In this document: in pieces, positions 8,469 through 17,467 of the stretch
Layout of the letters: each line of letters starts with the position of its first letter
Position numbering within the stretch: the first letter of the stretch is position 1
Source of the DNA: a virus
Lineage: Duplodnaviria; Caudoviricetes
DNA length: 64,000 nt
Strand: one strand, 5' to 3'
IMG/VR virus record: IMGVR_UViG_3300008262_000201
Coordinates: 224-64,223 of that record
Position numbers and translations under genes: made by a program
Notes under the pieces: generated by a model
Databases searched by the model: none
What the model saw: only the letters and a program-made list of their open reading frames with translations
What the model was told of the DNA's origin: nothing

Positions 8469-8678
8469 ATGGACTACACCGATGACCAACTACTTGCCAT
8501 GGCCATGGCCAACATTGGTGAGTACATTACGGACAACTCACCGCAGTACATCTTGATTGAAGAAGATCCTCGCAATGAGGATGACTACGATAGCTGGACT
8601 TACGGAATGGAAGTCCTGCCTCAAGATCACACTTGGCAGTCAGATTCAATTGACGTAAGCCCAAGTGAGGCCGACTAG
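8469..8678 (+). CDS. hypothetical acidic protein
   Basis: 69-aa ORF; its 3' end overlaps motif A copy 9 and the tRNA 5' end. Confidence 0.5.
   Translation: MDYTDDQLLAMAMANIGEYITDNSPQYILIEEDPRNEDDYDSWTYGMEVLPQDHTWQSDSIDVSPSEAD
8630..8667 (+). repeat. motif A copy 9 (directly before tRNA-Leu)
   Basis: CACTTGG-CAG-[TCAG ATTCAA TTGA]-CG-TAAGC-CCAAGTG. Confidence 0.65.
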
Positions 8679-8744
8679 CCCAACGGCAGAGGCAAGCGAC
8701 TTAAAATCGCTACAGTCCCGGTTCGAATCCGGGGTCGGCTACCA
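8669..8744 (+). tRNA. trnL: tRNA-Leu(TAA) with a short variable loop
   Basis: Acceptor GGCCGAC/GTCGGCT, anticodon arm AGCGA-CTTAAAA-TCGCT, T arm CCCGG-TTCGAAT-CCGGG, encoded ACCA. Confidence 0.92.
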
Positions 8745-8762
8745 ACTCAACACACTACACCA

Positions 8763-9122
8763 ATGGACATCATTCGTTCGATCAAGTGCCTTATTCCTGA
8801 GTTCCATGCCTTCAGTGCTGAGGACAGGGGCTATCACGTTGGTGCTACCTGGACTGACGACCAGGGGTTGCGTGACTATCACAACGTTGAACTCAAGTAC
8901 ACACGCAACTCAGAACGTCTAGCGCTCCAAGGCAAGCAGCAGCCTGATGGCAGTTGGCTTTACATTGAACCCAATGGTCGTTGCCATGTCATGTCAGCAG
9001 AGCGTGCTGCTCACTTCATGGCCCAGGCACAGGCACAAGCTCAGATCCTGGAACAAATGTTACAGAACATGAACACAGATGGAGGCGATGGAGTGGTAGA
9101 CACCACTGCGATAACTGTGTAA
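8763..9122 (+). CDS. hypothetical protein
   Basis: 119-aa ATG ORF after the tRNA. Confidence 0.65.
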   Translation: MDIIRSIKCLIPEFHAFSAEDRGYHVGATWTDDQGLRDYHNVELKYTRNSERLALQGKQQPDGSWLYIEPNGRCHVMSAERAAHFMAQAQAQAQILEQMLQNMNTDGGDGVVDTTAITV

Positions 9123-9174
9123 GATCATCTAGCCAAGGACTACTCAGCCCCTGCGTAAGCGGGGGCCTTCCTTC

Positions 9175-9495
9175 ATGACAAACGATTCTATTGATCTTGA
9201 CCTTGTTGACCAAACCATTGCACTGATACCAGAGCAAGCCTGGACTCAAGTGAGACAAGCAATTATTACAGCCTTAGTTGATAACATGCCTGGCTTTGCA
9301 CTTGAGAAGTTGACAGGTACTTATGATGGCTTCGATCGTGCAGAAGAGATTCTGTATGACTACTATCAACTTCCTGCTTTAAAACAAGATCTTATTGTTG
9401 ATGCATTCAGTATCATGGGTGCATTCAATTGCCTCGAACTACTTAGCTCATTGAATCTTACTGAAGATGAATTGCAGACAATGCAACAGCAGTAA
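9175..9495 (+). CDS. hypothetical protein
   Basis: 106-aa ORF. Confidence 0.65.
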   Translation: MTNDSIDLDLVDQTIALIPEQAWTQVRQAIITALVDNMPGFALEKLTGTYDGFDRAEEILYDYYQLPALKQDLIVDAFSIMGAFNCLELLSSLNLTEDELQTMQQQ

Positions 9496-9802
9496 CACAC
9501 GCGTTACTTGTACTGAACATCTGGGACCTGATGTAACCAAACGCTATTGTCGTTGTCTTGATTGTGGTTGCAAGTTCCGTACTGTTGAACGGTACGAAGT
9601 TGCTAAACCAATTCCATTAAAAGCCTACAAACCTATTGGTACCAGGAATGGAAACTCTTTCTTGACTGACAATGATGTGTTGATGATTCGTCATCTACAT
9701 CAGAAAGGATTGAGCAATGGTCAGATAGCAATACGCTATGACACTGCTCGCAGTACAATCTCACGTATTGTCAACTACAAAACTTACACCAACATCAAAT
9801 GA
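9467..9802 (+). CDS. zinc-ribbon (NrdR/Ogr-like) plus HTH regulator
   Basis: CxxC...TRV..T...RYCRCLDCGCKFRTVE, plus C-terminal GLSNGQIAIRYDTARSTISRI. Confidence 0.75.
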   Translation: MNCRQCNSSNTRVTCTEHLGPDVTKRYCRCLDCGCKFRTVERYEVAKPIPLKAYKPIGTRNGNSFLTDNDVLMIRHLHQKGLSNGQIAIRYDTARSTISRIVNYKTYTNIK

Positions 9803-10128
9803 CACAACAACACCCGATCACCCCACTACCGAAGCTATTCCAGAGGTGGTCAGAACAGTTTGAAGCAGGGAGACCACTCTATGCAATGTTTGAAGATATT
9901 TACAGAGCAGGAGCAGACGCTGAGCTGGAGGCGTGCTGTGAGTGGTTACAGGATCCTGATCTCAATGTAGACACTTACAAACTCCGCGCCGCACGCCGTC
10001 CTCAGCCGCCGAGCCTCAAGGAACAGGCGCTTGCTCTTGTCGAGCAGCACGAAGATGGTTGGCGACCGTCGCCCAAAGATTGGGACACCCTTCGTCGTGC
10101 CCTTGAACAACTTCCCGACAACAACTAA
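9799..10128 (+). CDS. hypothetical protein, paralog of 10438
   Basis: HPITP...GAD.ELEACCEW...RRP..PSLK.QAL...RRALEQL. Confidence 0.75.
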   Translation: MTQQHPITPLPKLFQRWSEQFEAGRPLYAMFEDIYRAGADAELEACCEWLQDPDLNVDTYKLRAARRPQPPSLKEQALALVEQHEDGWRPSPKDWDTLRRALEQLPDNN

Positions 10129-10136
10129 TTACTACA

Positions 10137-10436
10137 ATGACAACCAAGCGACAATTTGATTACAAGATTGGTGACCGTGTTGCTGAACGTCCCAAACCCC
10201 ATGGGATCTACACAAACAACCAACAAACAAGAGAACGTATCTCTCAATACAGGAGCCAGCGGTATGGTGAAGTAGTTGGTATCAACTACAAGAACAACTC
10301 ACGTGGTGCCACCCAAAAGTTCTTGCTTGTTCGTTGGGATCATTTACCTAGCCCAACTGAACATGCCACTGCACGCATCTGTCCTGTGTCAGCGCTAGAA
10401 CGTCTGACCAAAGAAGTCCTTGTCCCTGGCGAATGA
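10137..10436 (+). CDS. hypothetical protein (SH3-like)
   Basis: YKIGDRV...YGEVVG...LVRWD. Confidence 0.65.
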   Translation: MTTKRQFDYKIGDRVAERPKPHGIYTNNQQTRERISQYRSQRYGEVVGINYKNNSRGATQKFLLVRWDHLPSPTEHATARICPVSALERLTKEVLVPGE

Positions 10437-10437
10437 C

Positions 10438-10785
10438 ATGACACAAGAACACCCAATCACCCCACCGCCTGAACTGGTGCAGCAGTGGGTAGACGCTTAC
10501 TTTGGCGGTGGAATCTCCCATGTAGACCTCGCTGCCCAAGCTGCCCAATGGGGCGCGGACCAGGAGCTGGAGGCGTGCTGTGAGTGGATTGACTCCTTTC
10601 AAAACAAATTTGTTTATGCCCATGATCTTCGTCTTGTCCGCCGCCCCAAGGCGCCGAGCTTGAAGAAACAGGCACTGGAAGCTTTGACATCTGCACCTGG
10701 GCCTGACTATCCCATTGTGATGACAATGCTTAACGCTGATCAACATGCCCTAATCCGCCGCGCCTTAGAGCAACTCGATGACTGA
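10438..10785 (+). CDS. hypothetical protein, paralog of 9799
   Basis: MTQEHPITPPPELVQQW...WGADQELEACCEW. Confidence 0.75.
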   Translation: MTQEHPITPPPELVQQWVDAYFGGGISHVDLAAQAAQWGADQELEACCEWIDSFQNKFVYAHDLRLVRRPKAPSLKKQALEALTSAPGPDYPIVMTMLNADQHALIRRALEQLDD

Positions 10786-10987
10786 AAACCAAATCCACTT
10801 TATACGTGGTTGCTGTACAACAATCCTTGCCTTTGCAGCTACTGGTTTAATCGCTGCAATCTTTTTGTCACCTGATGAACCTAAGAACAACTCTAAGTTT
10901 GAAGTCATTGATCAGTACGAAGGTTGTTCAGTAATCCGTTACACTGATCCCACATCTCGCTGGCATTACTTCCTTAAGTGCTCATGA
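10778..10987 (+). CDS. small membrane-anchored protein
   Basis: N-terminal TM segment, then FEVIDQYEGCSVIRY. Confidence 0.65.
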   Translation: MTENQIHFIRGCCTTILAFAATGLIAAIFLSPDEPKNNSKFEVIDQYEGCSVIRYTDPTSRWHYFLKCS

Positions 10988-11625
10988 ACGTACAACTTGT
11001 TTGGGCAACGCCCAATGCAGAGGAAATGATCACGCGCATGGCACGCGTCTCTGCACCAAAGAACCAAGACAACATGGATACCGCACCCAAGTTGTTGCGT
11101 TATCTGATTAAACATCAGCACTGGTCACCGTACGAGATGGCCAATCTCTGTGTTGAAATCAACACAACACGTGCAATCTCACCGCAGATCCTTAGGCATC
11201 GTTCCTTCTCATTCCAGGAATTCAGTCAACGTTACGCAGATACCAGTGAACTTGGCTCAGCTATTATTCCTCATCTGCGTCGACAAGACTTTAAGAATCG
11301 TCAAAACAGTATTGATGATTTGTCTGCTGATGCAATCAGTGGTTATTACCGCCGCATTAGCAAGTTGTATGAAGACGCTGAACATCTCTACCGCGAGATG
11401 GTTAGCAGCGGCGTTGCAAAAGAATGTGCCAGGTCCATCCTGCCACTTTCAACACAGACCCGTCTCTTCATGAATGGCACTATCAGATCTTGGATCCATT
11501 ATCTACAACTGAGGACTCATGAATCAACCCAACTCGAACACAGAGAAATTGCAGAAACAATTAAAGGAATCTTCTGCAAAGAATTCCCAATCATCGGAGA
11601 GGCTGTGTTCTCAACAGATCAATGA
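10984..11625 (+). CDS. thyX: FAD-dependent thymidylate synthase ThyX
   Basis: HWSPYE, QILRHRSFSFQEFSQRY (RHRX7S motif), AKECAR..LP, TQLEHR. Confidence 0.96.
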   Translation: MNVQLVWATPNAEEMITRMARVSAPKNQDNMDTAPKLLRYLIKHQHWSPYEMANLCVEINTTRAISPQILRHRSFSFQEFSQRYADTSELGSAIIPHLRRQDFKNRQNSIDDLSADAISGYYRRISKLYEDAEHLYREMVSSGVAKECARSILPLSTQTRLFMNGTIRSWIHYLQLRTHESTQLEHREIAETIKGIFCKEFPIIGEAVFSTDQ

Positions 11626-11760
11626 TCTGATTGAGAGGTATAAAGAACCAGAGCAAGCACGCCAGTTCCTTATGGGGGCTGGCATCATTGATGAGAATGG
11701 AGACCTCATGCCTCCATATCAAAACACCTCAACCTAATTAACTATTACCACTAATCACCT

Positions 11761-12027
11761 ATGACACGACAACAACTTGTTAATTGTTCCACTGTTACTC
11801 AAACAGTATTCGATGCATTCTGGCCACTTGGTATGTATCCAGATGATATGGATACTAGCAATCTTGCTTTAGCCTTGCGAGCTGTTGCGGATCAAGTCGT
11901 GCCGGATCAACAAGAGCCAGCAAGCTCGCCGCACATGGGAAGTTTTATCTCTCATGTAAAGTGGAGCCAGTGCCAGACTATTCGCATCCAACTCCTTGCC
12001 ATTGCTGACGAGCTTGAAGCCCAGTAG
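11761..12027 (+). CDS. hypothetical protein
   Basis: ALRAVADQVVP...LLAIADELEAQ family; flanked by motif C. Confidence 0.7.
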   Translation: MTRQQLVNCSTVTQTVFDAFWPLGMYPDDMDTSNLALALRAVADQVVPDQQEPASSPHMGSFISHVKWSQCQTIRIQLLAIADELEAQ

Positions 12028-12036
12028 TCACCTTTA

Positions 12037-12153
12037 CTAAAAGGTTGCAGCACTTTGCTTCTTCAGTTCTGTGACGGCATGCTTGGACTCCACATCCTTG
12101 CGTGCCAGCTTTTTCTTTTTGTCCACCAGGTAAACGATCAGTGCCTTGTTCAT
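12037..12153 (-). CDS. 38-aa basic peptide (not in ORF track)
   Basis: MNKALIVYLVDKRKKLARKDVESKHAVTELKKQSAATF with a GGAGG SD upstream. Confidence 0.5.
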   Translation of the reverse strand: MNKALIVYLVDKKKKLARKDVESKHAVTELKKQSAATF

Positions 12154-12364
12154 TTGATTTGTCCTCCAGTGACGTAAGGAAAGTAGCAGATGTTACGGTA
12201 GGTCAGGCAAAGCCATGGACGGTGTGCTAAGTTCCACCATGCCTTGTCTGTCTTAGCCTGTTATTGTTTCCAGGGTGGGTAGCCTACGTTGTTCTCTCTG
12301 GTCTTGCTAAATGTACAGAAGATAAAAATATGTATGTACTTTTAAAACAACTTGCAGACTAACA

Positions 12365-12556
12365 ATGTCTTTTCTTTTGGCTCGTGTCACAGATGAATCT
12401 GATCTTCCAGATGATTACTACTCATTTGTCCAACAGTTTACATACTGGCAAGGAAGCTACGCTTCTCAACTTGATACGGAATCATTGATGATCTTGCTAT
12501 GGCAAATGGACAAACGTATTAAAGAGCTTGAGGCAAAGCAAAGTAATCTGCAATGA
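12365..12556 (+). CDS. hypothetical protein
   Basis: 63-aa ORF coupled to the next gene. Confidence 0.55.
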   Translation: MSFLLARVTDESDLPDDYYSFVQQFTYWQGSYASQLDTESLMILLWQMDKRIKELEAKQSNLQ

Positions 12557-12849
12557 AAGGATTTAGCTCCACCAAACAACGCACACGTTCATCTAGTTAT
12601 TGGGTTGCTTCCTACACCAAAGACAATCAGGATGAGCCATTTGGCATACACAAAAAAGTTTTGTCTTACAAACCAGGGCAAGACAAAGAACTCTTGATGA
12701 TTCGTTATTGTAACTCAATTATGAAGATTAACCAAAACATATGGGAGATCCTGGTCCATCAGGGGCCAGATGATACCCCAGACTCTGGTGACCAAATTGT
12801 TTTAAGATTATCAAGAGAAAAGTTCAAGGGCTCTGCTCAAGTAAACTAA
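12553..12849 (+). CDS. hypothetical protein
   Basis: 98-aa ORF starting MKGF. Confidence 0.6.
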   Translation: MKGFSSTKQRTRSSSYWVASYTKDNQDEPFGIHKKVLSYKPGQDKELLMIRYCNSIMKINQNIWEILVHQGPDDTPDSGDQIVLRLSREKFKGSAQVN

Positions 12850-12872
12850 CTAGCCATTACCACTAATCCTCC

Positions 12873-13265
12873 ATGAACAAAAGACAAATTGAAATGCTCC
12901 GCTTCATCGTTAAACAAGAGATTGAAACTGCTGGCATTGATGGCATGGAGCATGGCGCTTGGGGCTGGGCCGAAAAACAGTTAGACAAAAATTGGGAAGA
13001 ATTCCAGCAATCTTTCACGGATCCCAACGAAATGGAGTACAAATCTTTTGACTCAATTAAAGAACTTTTTGAGGATCTACATGCGGATGAAAAAATCTAT
13101 CTAAAAAGGCTTCTTTTAAAAGAAAAAAAAGAAAAGGTCAGTGAGGATGAAAACGAGCGCCGTTTCAAAGCCTGCCTTGAAGAAATTCGCAAACTTACCC
13201 ACGCAGATCTTGTCAATCTAATGGGCAAAGAGTGGTTTGAAGACTATCGCCGCCAGTTCCAATAG
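12873..13265 (+). CDS. hypothetical protein
   Basis: 130-aa ORF flanked by motif C. Confidence 0.65.
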   Translation: MNKRQIEMLRFIVKQEIETAGIDGMEHGAWGWAEKQLDKNWEEFQQSFTDPNEMEYKSFDSIKELFEDLHADEKIYLKRLLLKEKKEKVSEDENERRFKACLEEIRKLTHADLVNLMGKEWFEDYRRQFQ

Positions 13266-13284
13266 TCGCTTCTCCTAATCACCC

Positions 13285-13443
13285 ATGAAATCACTCGACG
13301 ACTACACAACGCTCGGCGCAATAGTCTTGGTTTTGATTGTCTTTATTGCTCTTGGTATCTGGTGGCTGCCTCAAAAATGGCAGGGCTGCCAGAAACTGTA
13401 TGACAAAGTGCCTGCCCAGGTTGTTTGTTTCCTGAGCGAGTAA
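13285..13443 (+). CDS. small membrane protein (not in ORF track)
   Basis: MKSLDDYTTLGAIVLVLIVFIALGIWWLPQKW...; flanked by motif C. Confidence 0.6.
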   Translation: MKSLDDYTTLGAIVLVLIVFIALGIWWLPQKWQGCQKLYDKVPAQVVCFLSE

Positions 13444-13475
13444 GCACCTTCACTAATACTCCCGAACGGGAAAAT

Positions 13476-13503
13476 GGACCTGAGCACGTCCTAAAACTAC
13501 TCA
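13476..13503 (+). promoter_or_regulatory. motif B pseudoknot, copy 3
   Basis: GGAC-C-TGAGCA-C-GTCC-TAAAAC-TACTCA; stem 1 compensated. Confidence 0.7.
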
Positions 13504-13538
13504 TCAGTTTTCCTTATCATTCAACTCAACTCAACACC

Positions 13539-14297
13539 ATGAAACTCCTCAAGTTTTCCACAGGTAACGGCAAGCTCAAGAATCGTCTGATCTTCAACAT
13601 CCCAGCGGGCTATGCATGTCCACACGCTGGTGTCTGTAAGACCATGGCTGATCGTGTCACTGGCAAGATCATGGACCTACCTCAGTTCACTGGCACAGAA
13701 GCAGATGAGTATCGTTGCTTTGCTGCTATGGCAGAGACCAGGCCAACCGTACGTGAAGCTCGTTGGCACAACTGGGATCTGCTGCGTGAGACCATGCATA
13801 TGAATGGGAATCAAGCCATGCTTTTGCGTGATCTGATCGACCTATCACTCTCAATGCAGCCATTGAAGAAGCTGCTTCGGATCCATGAGTCAGGCGATTT
13901 CTGGACTGAGAACTACATGCGTGCTTGGATCATGGTCGCACAAGAGCGTCCTAAGCAAACCTTCTACGCATACACCAAGTCGCTTGGAATGTGGCTGAAC
14001 CTCAAGGACATCATCCCATCTAACTTTTATCTCACTGCGTCGCAAGGTGGAACACTCGACTACCTGATCCCCAAGTACCCTGAAGTGTTCCAGCGCATTG
14101 CTCATGTGGTCTACACAGAAGAGGAAGCGCAAGAGCGTGGGCTAGAGATCGATCATGACGACAGCCATTGCCTTGGTGACAAGCCGTTCGCACTCTTGGT
14201 TCATGGTTCCCAGAGGGCTGGATCTGATGCCATGAAAGCCTTAACGCAACGGAAGAAAGAAGGTAAGTTTGTAGGTTACGGTAAGTCACAAAGGTAG
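13539..14297 (+). CDS. GP88-like protein
   Basis: GNGKL..F.IPAG.ACP.AG.C...CFA, RIHESGDF, FYAYTKS; start moved to ATG 13539. Confidence 0.8.
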   Translation: MKLLKFSTGNGKLKNRLIFNIPAGYACPHAGVCKTMADRVTGKIMDLPQFTGTEADEYRCFAAMAETRPTVREARWHNWDLLRETMHMNGNQAMLLRDLIDLSLSMQPLKKLLRIHESGDFWTENYMRAWIMVAQERPKQTFYAYTKSLGMWLNLKDIIPSNFYLTASQGGTLDYLIPKYPEVFQRIAHVVYTEEEAQERGLEIDHDDSHCLGDKPFALLVHGSQRAGSDAMKALTQRKKEGKFVGYGKSQR

Positions 14298-14344
14298 TTA
14301 TCACGATAAGACCTGGTACTATATGCCTGGTCTTATCCTGTTCA

Positions 14345-14578
14345 ATGGCTTACATCATTAGTACGTTGGTGGATGGTGTGCCACACGCCATCCATGCCAA
14401 TAGTTCCGACTCCAAGTTTGAACTGTTAGCTTTGGATTCTGCTAGTTCACTTAGTAGAATTTACTCCCATCCTTACCGGGCTGGTGCTTATCAAGTTCTA
14501 AGTTGGATCCTGGACAATGAACCCACACTCTCCTGTTATGAGCTCCAGGTTTCCGATGAAGCCCGGTTCCAAAAATGA
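14345..14578 (+). CDS. hypothetical protein
   Basis: 77-aa ORF after an inverted repeat containing TACTAT. Confidence 0.55.
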   Translation: MAYIISTLVDGVPHAIHANSSDSKFELLALDSASSLSRIYSHPYRAGAYQVLSWILDNEPTLSCYELQVSDEARFQK

Positions 14579-16379
14579 ATCTTGGTTAGTCTTTGATATT
14601 GAAACCAATGGCCTCTACGATAAAGTCACGAAAGTTTTTTGTATCGTTATCTACGATATCAACCGAGAAGAAACTTTTGCTTATGGGCCTGATCGCATTG
14701 ATGATGCTCTTGCTCATCTGGCAACCGGTGATGTACTCATTGGTCACAATGTGATCTTCTACGACGTACCGGTTCTGCAAAAACTACATTCATTCAACTG
14801 CAAAACACGCATCCTTGACACACTCATCTGCACACGACTCATTTGGCCCAAAGAAAAACTCTACGACCTTGACGTACAACTCTATCCGGAAGTTCCGAAG
14901 AACTACCGCGGGATGGCCGGTCTTAAAGCCTGGGGTTACCGCCTCTCCGATAACAAGATTGAGTTCAAAGATTTCTCGGAGTACTCAGAAGAAATGCTTG
15001 TCTATTGCAAGCAAGACGTCTCGGTTACTTCAAAACTTTGGAGGCATATCGCCAACCAAGGCTATCCAGAACAAGCTCTCAAACTTGAACACGACTTTGC
15101 TCTTGCCATTAATAAACAAATTAGAGCAGGTGTTTCTTTTGATGTGGATGCAGCTATTGATCTTGTGGATAATCTCCGAGCAAGAGAAGCACAGCTTGAA
15201 ACGGAACTAAAAGAAATCTTTCCGCCAATCGAACATCGTAATTGGTTTACTCCTAAGGTCAACAATAAAAATCGTGGCTATGTCAAAGGAGTACCTTTTG
15301 AAAAAATCCATTACGAAGAATTCAATCCTGGATCTCGTGATCAAATTGCTGATCGACTCAAGGCTAAGTACGGATGGCAACCAGAAAAGACAACTGAAAA
15401 AGGAAATCCAATCCTTAATGATGAAGTGTTAGAGGCATTGCCTTATCCAGAAGCCAAGCCTCTGGCAGAATACATGCTCATCAAGAAACGCCTTGGTCAA
15501 ATTGCAGATGGCAACAACGCTTGGCTCAAGCTGGTTAATAATGACAGCAGTCGTATGCACGGTGACGTTGTTACTAACGGCTGCGTCACTGGTCGTTGTG
15601 CTCACCGATACCCAAATATGGGTCAGGTTCCAGCAGGCTATTCGCCATACGGCAAAGAATGTCGGTCATTATTTCATGCACCACAAGGATGGGACATGAT
15701 TGGTATCGATGCCAAAGCATTGGAGCTACGATGTCTTGCTGGTTACCTTGCCATCTATGACGGTGGTGAGTATGCACGTGTGGTCACGGATCCAACAATT
15801 GACATTCACGTGTACAACCAAGAGCGTTTTGGTGTTGCTACCAGGGACATCAGTAAGCGTTTACTGTATGCCGTGTTGTATGGCGCTGGTCACCTTAAGG
15901 CTGGCAGCATTGTGGATCCGAATGAAAAAGATGAAGAAGTTCTGCGTAAACTAGGAAGAACTGCAATTAATTCATTCATGGCTGAGGTGCCAGCCTTGAA
16001 AGAACTTAAGGAACGTATTGAATCTCAGATTGCAAACAATGATTGTCTCATTGGATTAGATCGCCGTATTCTTTATTGCCGTTCGGCATTCAAAGGATTG
16101 AATGTTTTATTACAATCAGCAGGCGCAATCCTCATGAAGCAAGTTGTTATTAACATTCATGACAACATTGAGTCTGCCCTCAGTCTGCCCCATGGGGCAG
16201 AGTGGGAACAAGTCTTGATGGTTCATGACGAAGTGCAACTGGTTTGTAGTCCCAAATACACTGAACAGATCAGAGCCCAAGCATTGGCAGCTTTTCCACA
16301 AGCACAGCAATTCTTTGGATTCCTCTGTGACATTGAGGGAGATTCTCGTGTAGGATCCAACTGGAGCCAAACGCACTGA
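14556..16379 (+). CDS. polA: DNA polymerase family A (T7-like, with 3'-5' exonuclease)
   Basis: FDIETNG (ExoI), GHN..YD, YC.QDV, DAKALELR (motif A), KRLLYAVLYG (motif B), VHDE (motif C); start uncertain (14517 or 14556). Confidence 0.97.
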   Translation: MKPGSKNESWLVFDIETNGLYDKVTKVFCIVIYDINREETFAYGPDRIDDALAHLATGDVLIGHNVIFYDVPVLQKLHSFNCKTRILDTLICTRLIWPKEKLYDLDVQLYPEVPKNYRGMAGLKAWGYRLSDNKIEFKDFSEYSEEMLVYCKQDVSVTSKLWRHIANQGYPEQALKLEHDFALAINKQIRAGVSFDVDAAIDLVDNLRAREAQLETELKEIFPPIEHRNWFTPKVNNKNRGYVKGVPFEKIHYEEFNPGSRDQIADRLKAKYGWQPEKTTEKGNPILNDEVLEALPYPEAKPLAEYMLIKKRLGQIADGNNAWLKLVNNDSSRMHGDVVTNGCVTGRCAHRYPNMGQVPAGYSPYGKECRSLFHAPQGWDMIGIDAKALELRCLAGYLAIYDGGEYARVVTDPTIDIHVYNQERFGVATRDISKRLLYAVLYGAGHLKAGSIVDPNEKDEEVLRKLGRTAINSFMAEVPALKELKERIESQIANNDCLIGLDRRILYCRSAFKGLNVLLQSAGAILMKQVVINIHDNIESALSLPHGAEWEQVLMVHDEVQLVCSPKYTEQIRAQALAAFPQAQQFFGFLCDIEGDSRVGSNWSQTH

Positions 16380-16385
16380 GCTCTT

Positions 16386-16413
16386 CGTCCTAAGTATGAC
16401 GCTAAACTACTTA
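16386..16413 (+). promoter_or_regulatory. motif B pseudoknot, copy 4 (upstream of SSB)
   Basis: CGTC-C-TAAGTA-T-GACG-CTAAAC-TACTTA. Confidence 0.85.
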
Positions 16414-16432
16414 TCACCTACTGTTTGAACAC

Positions 16433-17233
16433 ATGAACTTTGTTACAGTTTGCGCTCAACTCAACGACACACCTCGCGAAGTTTATACTTCTGCCACATC
16501 AAGCAACTATGTTGCAGAGGTAATGCTTCCTCCTGTAGGAAAAAATAAATCTGCAACATCTCTTGCGCTTCATGTTTACGGCAAGGCTGCTGAGAAATTC
16601 AGGACCCTTGATCGTGGTGCTCGTTTGTATGTACACGGTTCAAAGATCCGTTACGATATTGATGCCAAGGCATACTCACTGCACGGCGGTGTTATTGCAG
16701 TTGTTAATGATTCGTTTCCAATTTTTAACGATGTGATTCTTACTGGTCGTTGCATTAAAGACATCGATCAAGAAGATGCACGTGCGTTTAAGACAACACC
16801 AGATGGTTTGATGATTGCCAATCAAACCATCTCAGTTAATACTGGTCGGAACCAAGGAGACTTGTTCAACTTCTATGCAATTAATAGCAAGGATGACAAG
16901 TTAAATAACGCTGAGTTGATGGTCAACTTTACACGGAAAGGAACTGGACTTACCATTCGTGGCCGTCTTGTTACCGATGCATGGACTGATAAAGAAACAC
17001 AACAACGCCGAACACTGACCAAGATCCAGCTTGTGCAGATGACCTTGGCGCCAAAGCCTGGCATCAACGAGCCAAAGCCCGTAGCGTCCCAGACGACGGT
17101 TGCTTCTTCTGATAATGTTGCTACACTGTGGGGCGGCAAGACTGCCGAAGATTCCTGGAGCCAAGGTCTGCCTGATCTCCCTGGTCAGTACGGACCAGCT
17201 CCTGAGCCTACTCCTGAATTCATTCCGTTCTGA
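16433..17233 (+). CDS. ssb: single-stranded DNA-binding protein (tandem OB folds)
   Basis: Second domain N.VIL.GR...KG....I.GRL....W.DKET; C-terminal ..IPF tail. Confidence 0.8.
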   Translation: MNFVTVCAQLNDTPREVYTSATSSNYVAEVMLPPVGKNKSATSLALHVYGKAAEKFRTLDRGARLYVHGSKIRYDIDAKAYSLHGGVIAVVNDSFPIFNDVILTGRCIKDIDQEDARAFKTTPDGLMIANQTISVNTGRNQGDLFNFYAINSKDDKLNNAELMVNFTRKGTGLTIRGRLVTDAWTDKETQQRRTLTKIQLVQMTLAPKPGINEPKPVASQTTVASSDNVATLWGGKTAEDSWSQGLPDLPGQYGPAPEPTPEFIPF

Positions 17234-17236
17234 CTC

Positions 17237-17467
17237 ATGCCTCTTCAACTTGATTTACAAGAACAAGATCTTCTTTCTTTAGAAGACGCCATTGCGTACG
17301 AATTTTTTATGGAGAGTGCATACAACATTATGCACAGTGCTAATGAAAAGGATTTAGACATTGCTGAACAAGTTTTAAAACTTGCTCAAGCTTCTTATCT
17401 GATTGCAAATATTTTTTGCGAAGTACGTTTAATTAACTCACAACAAACCAATGACACCGACGCATGA
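17237..17467 (+). CDS. hypothetical protein
   Basis: 76-aa ORF. Confidence 0.55.
   Translation: MPLQLDLQEQDLLSLEDAIAYEFFMESAYNIMHSANEKDLDIAEQVLKLAQASYLIANIFCEVRLINSQQTNDTDA

Noticed and set aside
13425-13538. N-terminal extensions of GP88, and of ORF 17687
   Set aside because: They run through motif B and CAACT leaders; downstream ATGs (13539, 17744) fit the pattern
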